Shown piece after piece: positions 1 to 22,727 of a DNA stretch of 64,000 nucleotides; the first letter of the stretch is position 1, and each line of letters starts with the position of its first letter. The position numbers were made by a program, and so were the translations under genes. The notes under the pieces were generated by a model, which did not search any database, had not been told where the DNA came from, and saw only the letters and a program-made list of their open reading frames with translations. This DNA is from the human T2T-CHM13v2.0 reference genome, Homo sapiens: the NCBI RefSeq assembly GCF_009914755.1, contig NC_060925.1. One strand, 5' to 3'.

Positions 1-855
1 GAGAAAGATTCATTTGATAGAGATTAGATAGACTTCTGAATATTCTTTTTAAAACTTTGTGTCATAAGATTATCTTTGGAAAACAATCCTTGGGAAGATG
101 CACAAATCGTCAAATCTGAAACCATCTTAACCTCTTCCTTAGAGTAGCTTTCTAATTATTCTCCATTGCTCTGCATCTCTAGCCCACTTTATATCCTGCC
201 ACCAGTACTTCTTGTAATCCCAGCACATTGGGAGGCCGAGACGGGTGGATCACGAGGTCAGGAGTTGGAGACCAACCTGGCCAAGATGGTGAAGCCCCAT
301 CTCTACTAAAAATACAAAAATTAGCGAGGCCTGGTGGCGGGCACCTGTAATCCCAGCTACTTGGGAGGCTGAGGCAGGAGAATCACTTGACCCAGGAGGC
401 GGAGATTTCGGTGAGCCAAGATCATGCCACTGCACTCTAGCCTGAGTGACAGAGCAAGACTCCATCTCCAAAGAAAAAAAAAAAAAAAAGTAGAGAGGCA
501 GGCAGTGGCTCAAGCCTGTAATCCCAGCACTTTGGGAGGCCGAGCCAGGCAGATCACCTGAGGTCAGGAGTTCAAGACCAGCTGGCTAACATGGTAAAAC
601 TTCATCTCTACCAAAAACACGAAAATTAGGGCCGGGCGTGGTGACTCATGCCTGTAATCCCAGCACTTTGGGAGGCCGAGGCAGGCAGACTGCCTGAGCT
701 CAGGAGTTCAAGACCATCCTGGGCAATACGGTGAAACCCCGTCCCTACTATACAAACAATTGGCCGGGCTCAGTGGCTCACACCTATAATCCCAGTACTT
801 TGGGAGGCCGAGGCAGGTGGATCATGAGGTCAGGAGATCAAGACCATCCTGGCTA

Positions 856-1447
<592 letters not shown>

Positions 1448-1494
1448 CTACTGAATAAAGTCCAAAACTCAAGCTTGTCACCTGCAGCCAAGTT

Positions 1495-1677
1495 ACTAAT
1501 TATATTTCAGATATGTTGAGTTAGATAAAATATATTTAAATTAATTTTACCTATATCTTTTCTCCCCTGCTCCCCTCAGGCTTAGCTCAGCTGAATTTTT
1601 GCCTATTTTAATGTGGCTATTAGAAAATTTGTAATTATTTATGTGACTTGCATCATATTTCTGTTGGGCAGCACTGG
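1495..1677 (-). mobile_element. MER33/MER3-like hAT-Charlie DNA transposon fragment
   Basis: TTTAATGTGGCTATTAGAAAATTT...ATATTTCTGTTGGGCAGCACTG resembles the MER33 terminus as I recall it. Confidence 0.7.
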
Positions 1678-2838
1678 TCTAGATTCTCCCTATGCTTTCA
1701 TACCTAGCTCAAATTCCACCTCTTTTTTCATGAAGAGTTCTCTGATTTAACCAGCGCCTAAAAATAATCTATCCCGGCCGGGCGCAGTGGCTCATGCCTG
1801 TAATCCCAGCACTTTGAGAGGCGAGGCGGGCGGATCACAAGATCAGGAGATCGAGACCATCCTGGCTAACACGGTGAAACCCCGTCTCTATTAAAAATGC
1901 AAAAAATTAGCCTGGTGTGGTGGCGGGCGCCTGCAATCCCAGCTACTCGGGAGGCTGAGGCAGGACAATGGCGCGAACCCGGGAGGCAGAGCTTGCAGTG
2001 AGCTGAGCGCCACTGCACTCCAGCCTGGGCAAGAGTGACAGACTCCGTCTCAAAAAATAATAATAATCATCATCATCATCATCTATCCCACAGCCCTTTT
2101 ACCTGCACCTCTCATAAATCACCTATTACTTTCTTCTCTGAGATACAACTATTAATGTAATGTCTGTCTGAGTATTGGCTGTTAAGGATAGTATTGATGC
2201 TAAATAAATGACTTTTCACTAGACTGTGAACCAATTTTTTAAAAAATAGGGTAAGGGGAATATGAAGAGTTTAAAAACATTCAGTATTACTTCTGGGTGT
2301 GGTGGCTTACGCCTGTAATCCCAACACTGGGAGGCTGAGGCCGGTGGATCACCTGAGGTCAGGTGTTCGAGACCAGCCTGACCAACATGGTGAAACCCCA
2401 TCTCTACTAAAATACCCAAATTAGCTGGGCATGGTGGCACAGGTCTGCAATCCCAGCAACTTGGGAGACTGAGGCAGGAGGATTGCTTGAACCCAGGAGG
2501 CAGAGGTTGCAGTGAGCTGAGATCATGCCACTGCACTCCACTGCACTCCAGCCTGTGTGACAGAGCGAGACTCTGTAAAAATAACTGGGAGGCTGAGGCG
2601 GGTGGACTGCCTAAGCTCAGGAGTTTGAGACCACCCTGGGCAACATGGTGAAACCCCATCTCTACTAAAATACAAAAAATTAGCTGGGTGCAGTGGCGGG
2701 CACCTGTAGTCCCAGCAACTCAGGAGGCTGAAATGAGAATTGCTTGAACCCGGGAGGTGGAGTTTGCAGTGAGCCGAGATTGGTTCAGTGCACTCCAGCC
2801 TGGGTGAAAGAGCAAGACTCTGTCTCAAAAATAAATAA

Positions 2839-3335
<497 letters not shown>

Positions 3336-3663
3336 TAAGTTTATCCAAAGGAATCAGTGTTTCAAAAGATTAAAGTACTGCTTAGAGCACCACACTACAG
3401 TCTTCTCATTAGTGCCCAGCAGCACATGTGCTCTGAGCCTTGAGTAGCAGAGAGTAATACAACAATAAGTAAAATGTATTCCCTACCTTCTGAAAGTTCA
3501 CAGTCTAGGAGGGACTACGTAATTGTTTATTCACTTAGTATTTATATCCCACTCTGTTCTAAAAAGGGATTAGAACTGGCTCACACTTAATCAGAAATAA
3601 CTTGAATGCAAGAGAGATGGGGACAAATGCACATAAAAGGAAAGTGAAGATGAGAGGATTCTA

Positions 3664-3707
3664 TTAAGGTTGGTGCAAAATTAATTGCAGCTTTTGCCAT
3701 TAAAAGT
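3664..3707 (+). mobile_element. Half MADE1 (Hsmar1 mariner MITE) terminal inverted repeat
   Basis: TTAAGGTTGGTGCAAAATTAATTGCAGCTTTTGCCATTA matches one arm of MADE1; Alu sequence follows directly. Confidence 0.8.
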
Positions 3708-4315
3708 ACTTGAGCCCAGGATTTCAAGACCAGCCTGGGCAACATGGCAAAACCCTGTCTACAAAAAATACAAAAATTGGCCGGCTGCGGTGGCTCACAC
3801 CTATAATCCTAGCTCTTTGGGAGGCCAAGGCAGGCGGATAGCTTGAGCTCAGGAGTTCAAATCCAGCCTGGGCCACGTGGTGAAACCCTGTCTCTACAAA
3901 AAATTAGCCAGGTATGGTGGCACACACTTGTAGTCCCAGCTGCTTGGGGGCTAAGGCAGGAGGATCGCTTGAGCCCAAGAGGTTTGAGGTGCAGTGAGCC
4001 CTCAAGATTGCACCTGTCTCAAAAAAGAAAAAATTAGCTGGGCATGTTGGTGCACAGTTGTGGTCCCAGCTACTCAAGAGGCTGAGGTGGGAGGATCGCT
4101 TGAACCTGAGAGGTCGAGGCTGCAGTTAGCTGTGATCATGCCACTGCACCAGCCTAAGTGACAGCAAGACCCTGTCGCAAAAAAAACAGAGTGCAGGCCG
4201 GGCGCGGTGGCTCACACCTGTAATCCCAGCACTTTGGGAGGCCAAGGCAGGCGGATCACGAGGTCAGGAGATCCAGACCATCCTGGTTAACAACAGTGAA
4301 ACCCCGACTCTACTA

Positions 4316-4519
<204 letters not shown>

Positions 4520-4652
4520 CTAGCATGGGCCTGAATGAATGAAGAATGGAGAAAAAATTGCGTGGCCCCAAAGAACAAATTTTTCTTCCTACATGTGACA
4601 CTATCTTTCAGCCCCAAAGACCTTGGACTCTGGCCACTCTTTCCCCAGGTTA

Positions 4653-5951
<1,299 letters not shown>

Positions 5952-6143
5952 CTACCTCAGGTTCTTAGATGTCAGCAGCCATTCGTCTGCTCCCTCCACT
6001 CTGTCAATCCACCCCTCCACACACCCAATCACGGTGTAGATCCCCTGCCAGCATCCCAGCGACATCACCATATGGTCTCTGCTTATGCAGCTCCAAGGAC
6101 TCGACATACCTGAGGCACCACTGTTTGTTCCACAATTATAATA

Positions 6144-11302
<5,159 letters not shown>

Positions 11303-12239
11303 TGAACTCCAAGGAGGAAATCTGCCCAAGGTCGAATGGCAAAGCTGGAAGTAAAACCCAGGCCTCCTGACCTCCAAGCTGTGCTGTTAGCACACATCGT
11401 GCTGCCTCCACCACCCCACCCATGGTGCCAGGCCTCTGCTGGGTGCTGCCCTCACACAGCCGCCTCTTTTAAACAGAGAGAGGAGGGAAAGAAGCAGATG
11501 ACAGGAGGCTCAGAGGAGAGGAAGCCAGCTTAGTTGGGGCCCCTGACCTCGGGCTTCCTTGGGCCCTGGGCAGCCTGCCTCTGCCACTCTGTCCCTGTCC
11601 CCAGAGAACCGCAGAGCTCTCCAACCCTGTTCAGGGATGTGGCTGGGAGTCCATGTGACATTGTGCAGGCAAGAGTCCGTGTGTCTGACTGTAGCTGTAG
11701 GTGTGGACAGCAGTATGGGTGAGTGTGTGTGTGTAAGACCGCTCAGCTTTGTGCCCCTGTGTGACAGTGAAGGGGTGTCGGGAGCTGTGTATTTGCACCC
11801 TCACCTCTTGGTACACTGGGAAGTCCCAGAGCCACAGTATGACCTGGGACAGAAATACACCTCACCCCAAACCCCTCAGCCACAGGTCCCTTCCCCCAAT
11901 AATCAGCCGTGCCCTGCCAGGAGGGATAGTGGGGAGGGCCCCTGGACCCTTCCCCCACCCATCCCAGGCCAGACGGGAGAGAACAAGCCCTGACAGACTC
12001 TTAACTTCAAGCTGGCAGATGCCCAGCCTTGCACCAAGTGGCTTCCACACAGCCACTTCAGCAGGGGAGGCCTCTGTCTCCAACTGACATTTGCAGGGAG
12101 GAATGAAGGCTAGCGAGAAGTGTCTTTGGCTGCTATGGGCCAAATGGCACTTGAGCGGTGGATGCCCACTCGCCTGGAAGGGTTAATTTTCATGTAGTCC
12201 CGGGAGGGGGAGGGGTATTATAAAAAGCCACAGACAAAC

Positions 12240-13120
12240 GGAGGTGCCAGGACCCCGGGACGGCCCGACTCCCCGATGTCCCCTCACGAGGCGGCTCCAG
12301 TGCCCCACCCCGGCTGGACCACTACCCCTAGACAGGCGAAAGACGCCCGCGGTCGGGGGGAAAGGGAACCCGTCCAGCAGCACCCCTTCCCCAGCGGGGC
12401 GGCGACGCGGGCCCGGCACTGTCCTACCTCGCGGCCTGGGCGGCGCCGTCCCCGCCGCGCCGGGGCTCCGGGCTGGCCATGGCTGCGCGACCCCGGGCTG
12501 GCGGCCGCGTTATTAATAGCCGGGCCCGCGGGCCCCTCGCTCCGGCGCCCGCGCCCGCCGCACTGCCAGCTGCAACCGACACCGGATCCCGGCCGGCCCC
12601 GGGCCGGGCGCGCCCACTTGGCCGGGGCTCCTGCCGGGGGAGGAGGGAGCGGCCGCGCGGACCTGGGGGCGGGGAGAGGCTGCCCCTCCCGGACCAGCCT
12701 GGGGCGGGGGTGGGAACGGGGGCCTGGAGCTGTCTTTCCAAACCTCCCAGCCCCCTCGTCTTCCCGAACCTTCTCTCCACCCTTCCTTTCGTGAGGTCCC
12801 GTTGCAGGGGGAGTCAGAAGGGGGGTCTGAAGCCCCAGGGAGCACCTTCCCTGTCCAGCCTGGGAGGGTGGAGGCAGGGTTGGGCGGGCTGCTCAAAGGG
12901 AGCCAGCACCCCTCTCCCGCGAGTGTTTGGGGGTGTCCGCTGCCGCTCAGCGCCCTCTGGTCCCCACCCAAGAGGGGAAGGGCCGCAGCCACCCTCTGGG
13001 CACTCCGGGCTGTCCCCGGCAGCTGTCGTGAAGGGCGGGGCAGGGCGCGGCCGGGGAGGAGGGTTCACGGCCACACCCCGCGCGTTTGGGGACAGCCTGG
13101 AGCCTGGGGGCGGGCTGGGT
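12240..13120. promoter_or_regulatory. SYNC: CpG island / SYNC promoter with GC boxes and a G-quadruplex motif
   Basis: Dense CpG around exon 1; GGGGCGGGG boxes near 12666 and 12701; four G-runs at 12701-12722; AT-rich TTATTAATAG at 12510-12519. Confidence 0.85.
12428..12480 (-). CDS. SYNC: Syncoilin coding exon 1 (MASPEPRRGGDGAAQAA + 2 nt of Arg codon)
   Basis: ATG at 12480-12478 in strong context (gcagccATGG) inside a CpG island. The 53 nt end at donor AG|GTAGGA (12427-12422); the split codon AG+G joins in frame to exon 2. The peptide matches my recollection of the syncoilin N-terminus. Confidence 0.95.
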
Positions 13121-14695
13121 GGCTGGGGTTAGAGAGAACTGCGGAGGAGTTTACGCCTATCACATTGAGTCCATATTTAACCCCACTTTCTGCCCCACCC
13201 TTTGAGGCTTCCTGGGGTCTCTCTCCTGCTCCACCTGTCACCCCACTCAGCCCACTTCTGTCAACTTCAAGACATACCTCCCCCCACGTCCTCAGCCCAC
13301 TAGTGTGAGGGTCAAACCAGCACTGACGTCTTTCTCCCCAAGAGAGAAGCTGCTGGGCCCCTTCCCAGACCTGGGCTTCAGGCGTTCTTCCTTCGGATTC
13401 CTTTTTCCACTTAGCTACCCTGTCTGGGGAGGTCTTTGACTCAATCGCAGAAGAATGCTGGCACCATAACAAGCCCCAGGGGCTGGGGTGCCTGGGAGGC
13501 CGGTGGGGGAAGCATGCCGTGGTGTTGAATGTGTGTGGGCTTGTGTGCCCCTGTGTGACTCTGCGGTGATTGTGGGGTACATGTCTGTGTGTGAGCATGT
13601 GGATGTGTGATTGTGTGATCTCAGGGTGAATGTGTGTGGTGATTGTGCCATGGTGGAGTGTCTTTGTGGGGCTGGCGGTTTTGACTCTGTGTGGGGGGCA
13701 TGCGTATGGTCCCGCTTGTGACTCTGACTGTGTGCTTGTGCGTGACTGGGGGTTGATAAATGTTCATTCATCCTCGCGTCTGAGTGTGCTGCCTGTGGCT
13801 GTATATTTATATTTCTCTGTCTAATGCAAGGGGGTGGAAGATTTAACACCCAGGGCAGCCAAATATACCCTTGTAAGGTACGCACGAGAAAAAGCCAGGT
13901 TTTGAGGCTGCTGGTCATTTTCTGACTTACCCCCGAACTATTCCAGGGGAGGAGGCTGGCGAAGCCTCAGCTGCTGGGCATTTGACATCTGCTGCCCGCC
14001 AGAGGAGAGCTAAGGCAGCAAGGGCAGGCCTGCCAGAGGCTCTGTTTGCTGTGGTACCAAGCAACAGGCGGCAAGGGTGGCATTCAGAAGAGCTGGCTCT
14101 GCCCCTCCAACCCCCAGCCCAGGACCTGGCCTTAGGCTGTCCCTAGGACTGAATTTCTGACCCGCTCCTACCCTCCTGCTCAGCGCTTCTTTAGGCTGAA
14201 ACCCTGAATTCCCCAGGGTCCCAGAAACTTCCCCACCTCCAAGCCTTTGTTGTTGTTTTTTTTGTTGCTGTTGTTTCTTGCAGTCAGGGTCTCACTCTGT
14301 CATCCAGGCAGGAGTACGGTGGTGCAATCATGGTTCACGGCAGCCTCAACCTCCTGGGCTCAGGTGATCCTCCCATCTCAGCCTCCCGAGTAGCTGGAAC
14401 TACAGATGCACACCACCACACCTGGATAATTTTTGTATTTTTTGTAAAGACGAGGTCTCACTGTGTTGCCTAGGCTGGTCTCAAACTCCTAGGCTCAAGC
14501 AGTCCTCCTACCTCAGCCTCCCAAAGTGCTGGGATTACAGGAGTGAGCCACCACACCCAGCCAGGCCTTTTCTGCTGCTCCCTCTGCCTAGAAAACCCTT
14601 TCCAGCTCTTCACAGCCCACCTTTTACTCTCTTTCAGGTCTCAGATCACATCTCACAGAGGCCTTCTCTGATGCCTCCCCACCCCCTGCCCATAA

Positions 14696-15191
<496 letters not shown>

Positions 15192-15289
15192 TGATTCGCC
15201 CATCTCGGCCTCCCAAAGTGCTGGGATTGCAGGCATGAGCCACCGCTCCCGGCCAATACTATTCATTTTCAATTATTTTCTTCTCTGCT

Positions 15290-15390
15290 TCCCCACTAGA
15301 ATGGAAGCCCCATGAGGGCAGAGACTTTATGTGTCTTGTTTACTGCTGTGTCTCCAGAGCCCAGCACAGGGACTACCACATAGTAGGACC
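15290..15390 (+). mobile_element. L2 3'-end fragment
   Basis: CCCCACTAGAATGGAAGCCCCATGAGGGCAGAGACTTT...CCCAGCACAGG...CACATAGTAGG is typical of the L2 3' end. Confidence 0.7.
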
Positions 15391-15419
15391 TTAAAAAAAT
15401 TGTTTGTTTTTGTTTTTTA

Positions 15420-15947
15420 TAATAATAACAATCATTTATTTTACCCACAGATCTGTGATTTGGGCACGGCTTGGTGGAGGCAGCTCATTTCTGCTTCACG
15501 TGGCATCAGCTGAGGTGGCTTGCCCAGAGGTTGCAGAACTCGCGTCCAGGACAGCTCACTCATGTGGCTGGCAAGTTGATGCGGTCTGTCAGCTGGGAGC
15601 TCAGCAGGGTATTTGGCTGGGGGTCTTGGTTCTCCTCCACATGGGCTTTTCCACGGGTTGCTTGTGCTTCCTCATGGCATGGTGGCTAAGTCCCAACAGT
15701 AAACGTCCCAAAAGAACAAGGCAGAAGTGAAAGGCATTTTTTTTGAGCTAGCCTTGGAAGCTACACACTGTCACTGCTGACCTATTCTGTTGCTAAAGGC
15801 AGTCACAAAAACCCGGGCCTCCAGCTCATGGGGAGGGGACATAGATGCCACCTTTTAATGGGAAGGGTGTGTCAAAGTCACAGTATAAGAAGAGCTTATG
15901 GAATGGGATATAGTATTGCCTCTGTCTTGGGAAAATACAATCTGCCA
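15420..15947 (-). mobile_element. MLT1F-like MaLR LTR
   Basis: Ends GGAAAATACAATCTGCCA (reverse complement of the MLT1F-type 5' end), with typical internal MLT1 motifs. Confidence 0.7.
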
Positions 15948-16146
15948 AAGATGCAGAATCACAGCTTGGTCTTCCACCATCTCCAGACTGTGGCCCTAAT
16001 CCACACCCATCCAAGACCAGTCCAAGCTCCCTTCTAATGCCTCATTCTATCCAATGAAAGTAAAAAGGAGGGGTCGCTCACCTCACACCACTTCTGATTG
16101 TGTCCTATTGCCAGAGCTCAGTCACATGGCCATATTTAGCTTTAGT

Positions 16147-16290
16147 GGCTTATTATAAAGGATATTGAAAAGGATACAGATGAAGAGATGAATAGGGCAG
16201 AGTTATGGAGGAAGGGGCATGAAGCTTCCATCCCCTCCCTGGGCACACCATCCTCCAGGAACCTCCATATGTTCAGCTATCTGGAAGCTC
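16147..16290. mobile_element. MER21-family LTR fragment
   Basis: TTATTATAAAGGATATT...GGATACAGATGAAGAGATG...CCTCCAGGAACCTCC...GTTCAGCTATCTGGAAGCTC is characteristic of MER21. Confidence 0.7.
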
Positions 16291-16899
16291 CAAAAAAATT
16301 GTTGAATGAATGAAGGGAAGGAGGATGGTTTTACTTAGGCTAATTTAGGCAATATTTGATGCCTGCTGTGTGCTAGGCCTGGGCCACTCACCTCTCAGGA
16401 GCCCCAGTCTACTCAGGGAGACAGACACACATGTGCCCAGATTGCATACAGCAAGGCAGTGTGAGGTATTTGAGCCCATAAGATTCAGCTCACTTGGCAA
16501 ACATTGGCACTTGGGCTGTGCTGGGCCCTGTGTCAGAGCAAACAGCCTTATTTGGCCCAAGCCTGCAAGAAGCTTTCAGTGTAGAGGAAGCTAGAACCGT
16601 CTCCTGGGGAGAAAAACCTATGCAGAAAATAATGCCAAATCACTGGGCTGAGTGATGTGATAGACATTGAGAACCAGGGAAGCCAGGGATGGATGGGAGA
16701 AATTAACTCCGGGACTGGGGATGGCCTCGTGAACAAAGTACCTGGGCCTGGAAGGATGAGAAAAGCTGTTCTGGAATCAGGAATCAGGCACAGACTCTGC
16801 TTTGAAGGACAAGCGCAGCCACTCTTAACTCTCAGCCCCTCCACAAAGCCAAACCCAGGAGGAGGAGAGAGGCCCCTGGGCTGGCTACTCTTAGCCTAA

Positions 16900-17674
<775 letters not shown>

Positions 17675-18126
17675 AAAACTGAACCTTAGAAAGCTGGGCC
17701 CTGGACAGATAACTTAGGGAGACTTTCTTTCTAAATACCCCCCACAGCTGGGTGTGGTGGCTCACACCTCTAATTCCAGGTGTGAGGGAGGCTGAGGCAG
17801 GAATATTGCTTGGGTCCAGGAGTTCAAGGCTACGGTAAGCAATGATCACACTACTGCATGATGCCCTACTGCCTGGGCAACAAAGTGAGACCCTGTCTCC
17901 AAAAACATACATAAATAAATCCCCACCGGCTGGGCTCCGTGGCTCACGCCTGTAATCCCAGCACTTTGGGAGGCCAAGGCAGGTGGATCACCTGAGGTCA
18001 GGAGTTCAAGACCAGCCTGGCCATCATGGTGAAACCCGGTTTCTACTAAAAATACAAAAACTAGGCCGGGCGTGGTGGCTCACGCCTGTAATCCCAGCAC
18101 TTTGGGAGGCCGAGGCGGGCAGATCA

Positions 18127-18683
<557 letters not shown>

Positions 18684-19663
18684 TCAAAAAAAAAAAAAAA
18701 AAAAAAAAAAAAACGCACCAAAAACCAGAATCAGAAAAGTTGTGAACAAATTTCATCTCGAGTGAAGACTTCTGGGTGCCACTCCAGGCAGGGTCCCCAC
18801 CCAAGGGGTCCCTCTGTCTTAGGACTGTAGTTTCTGTGGCTGGTAGAATGGGGCAGGCAGGGGACTGTGAGTGAGTGGACATGCGTGTGGGAGGAATGGA
18901 TGGATGAGCTGGGAAGTGGAGAGGCACCAGAGGGCAGCAGGGGAGGCATGGCCTTGGCAGCTGTCTCTACCAGACCCCAGAGCAGATCCTATAGGACCCT
19001 GGGAAACCAACCTCCCTGAACCTCAGCTCCCTCTCAGCAAAATGGGCAATTAACACCCTCTTCACAGGGTTGTTGTGAAATGCAATCAAATGTGAGGCTC
19101 AACACATGAGCCACTGGAAGTGGAGCTGCTCTCCAAGCTGAGAGTAGCACATTCCCCATTACTACTGATGCAGGTGGAGGCCATTCTGCTCACTTTTTTT
19201 TTTTTTTTGAGACGGCGTTCTTGCTCTTGTCCCCCAGGCTGGAGTGCAATGGCATGATCTTGGCTCACTGCAATCTCTGCCTCCTGGGTTCTCCTGCCTC
19301 AGCCTCCTGAGCCACCTGCCTCCACACCTGGCTAATTTTTGTATTTTTAGTAGAGAAGGGGTTTCTCCATATTGGCCAGGCTGGTCGTGAACTCTTGACC
19401 TTCAATCCGCCCTCCTGGGTCTCCCAAAGTGCTGGGATTACAGGCATGAGCCACCACGCCTGGCCTCTGCTCACTTTCTTTGTGCCAAGAGCTCCAGCAA
19501 CCCCTCTAGAGGTGGGAGGAGGGTGGTACAGAGATGCCCTGGCAGGGCCCTCAGACCCACCACTTCTGTTTTTTGTTTTCAGACAGAGTCTTGCTCTTGC
19601 CCAGGCTGGAGTGCAGTGGTATGATCAGTGGGACCACAGGTGTGTGCCACCCCACCCGGCTAA

Positions 19664-19813
<150 letters not shown>

Positions 19814-19902
19814 TGACCTACTGCTTCTAGAGAGCCAGGGTATGAATCCAAGCTTTGGAGCGCTTACTTGCTGTGTGACCTTAGGAAAGTCACTCCACTT
19901 CA

Positions 19903-20317
<415 letters not shown>

Positions 20318-20626
20318 CTACAGCATGTGTTTTCACTCGCTCATTCATTCACTTCACCATTTGTTAGGCCAGACAATGTGTTAAACCCTAAGAACACAAA
20401 GACAGTAAGTCATTAAAGCAAGACCTATATCTGTATGACTTCATGGCTGTGTCCCTTGTCCCTAGGTTTTCAACAAATAGTGGCCAAATGATGTGTTCAT
20501 GAAGAGTATAGTAATGAATAAGACAAATAGAAGAGAATAAAGAATGAAAAGAAAAAACAAATAGTGGCCAAATTAGTAAATGATGTTAGCTATATTCTTG
20601 AGCCCCTACTGCAAGCCAGATGCTAA

Positions 20627-20871
<245 letters not shown>

Positions 20872-20959
20872 TGATCTGCCTGCTTGGGCCTCCCAAAGTG
20901 CTGGGATTACAGGCCGGAGCCACTGCACCTGGGCTAGAAGGCATTTTATCTGCTTTAAT

Positions 20960-21100
20960 GCAATAAATCTTCAGAACAGCCCTATAACATGGGGCCTGTA
21001 ATAAAGCCCATTTACTGATGAGAAAACTGAGGCTTGGAGAGGTTATGCAACTTAGTTGACCAAAGTCACACAGAGAGGAAATGGTGGCACCCAAGATTCA
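20960..21100 (-). mobile_element. MIR (representative; others near 10550, 19010, 19830, 26000, 37460, 54220, 63300)
   Basis: Core motif CCCATTTACTGATGAGAAAACTGAGGCTTGGAGAGGTT...CAAAGTCACACAG. Confidence 0.75.
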
Positions 21101-21214
21101 ATACACTGCCTCCACGAATAAATGATGTGTTATCCACATCATTGTCATTAACCTTGACTTTCAGAGACTTATAGTCTAGTGGGAATCTGGCAGCCTTTCC
21201 ATCCTCAGACTTAG

Positions 21215-21499
<285 letters not shown>

Positions 21500-22069
21500 T
21501 AGCCAGGATGGTCTCGATCTCCTCACCTCGTGATCTGCCCACCTTGGCCCCCCAAAGTGCTGGGATTACAGACGTGAGCCACAGCGCCCGGCCACTTCTT
21601 TTTTTCTTTTTTTGAAACAAAGTCTCACTCTGTCACCCAGGCTGGAGTGCAGTGGCTGGATCTCAGCTCACTGCAACCTCCGCCTCCCGAGTTCAAGCAA
21701 TTCTCCTGCCTTAGCCTCCTGAGTAGCTAGGATTACAGGCACTTGCCACCACGCCAGGCTAATTTTTGTATTTTTAGTAGAGACGGAGTTCCACTATGTT
21801 GGCCGGGCTAGTCTCAAACTCCTGACCTCAGGTGATCCACCCGCCTCGGCCTTCCAAAGTGCTGGGATTACAGGCGTGAGCCGCCGCGCCTGGCCCCCTG
21901 ATTCTGCTTCTAGGAAATGAGATTGGGTGGGCGTTAAATGAGAAAATGTGCAGGAAATGCCCAGCCCTTTGCCCAGTATACAAGAGACACTTGATAAGTG
22001 TTCTTCTCTTTATTTCCTTCTTTCTCCCTGCCCTCTGGGACCGCTGTCTGGGAGCCATTGGGGCCTACC

Positions 22070-22452
22070 CGGTGCTGACCACCAGCCACCGCTTCAGAGG
22101 AAGCTGCGTTCAGGGTCGTTCCTCCCCAGGTCGGGCAATGCCGAGCACTGCCTCCAGGGGGCGCCGCCACGCCGACCCCGCGCCCCGGGGGTTGTCTTTT
22201 CCGCCGCAGCCGCGCGGGGCCGCCCGGGCCCTGAGTTTTCAGGACCGATGGCGCGCCGACAGTGGGGAGGTCGGCGTCCCAGCTGAATCAAGGACGTCCT
22301 TTAGCACCGCAGTGATAATGAACACACAACAATAATAGCCGCAGATCCACCCATAGCGAGCTGCTGGAGTTTAAAGGGCGCATGCGCGTGCTGGGAGGCT
22401 GTGGGACTCAGGGAAGGTGCCAGGCCTTAGACTCTGAGCTGGGTTCGAATCC
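22070..22452. promoter_or_regulatory. Orphan CpG island with CTCF site, NRF1 palindrome and Pol III B-box
   Basis: CCTCCAGGGGGCGCC (22151-22165) with upstream GCAATGCC module (22135-22142); GCGCATGCGC (22378-22387); GGTTCGAATCC (22442-22452). Confidence 0.7.
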
Positions 22453-22495
22453 AGAGCAGAGCAGTCTCTCACGTTTCCCCGCTCTGTACCCTTAG

Positions 22496-22727
<232 letters not shown>

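Noticed and set aside
3664-3707. miR-548-type hairpin from MADE1
   Set aside because: Only one arm is present, so no hairpin can form.
6104-6112. Strong minus-strand donor CAG|GTATGT in SYNC intron 1
   Set aside because: No convincing upstream acceptor; the neighbouring Alus are sense in the pre-mRNA and supply no pyrimidine tract.
13520-13810. TG-rich tracts (also 11640-11790, 41580-41770, 43320-43510)
   Set aside because: Degenerate simple repeats, too interrupted for a Z-DNA or coding claim.
22420-22460. tRNA gene suggested by GGTTCGAATCC
   Set aside because: No cloverleaf or matching acceptor stem; the context is a MIR-like head.
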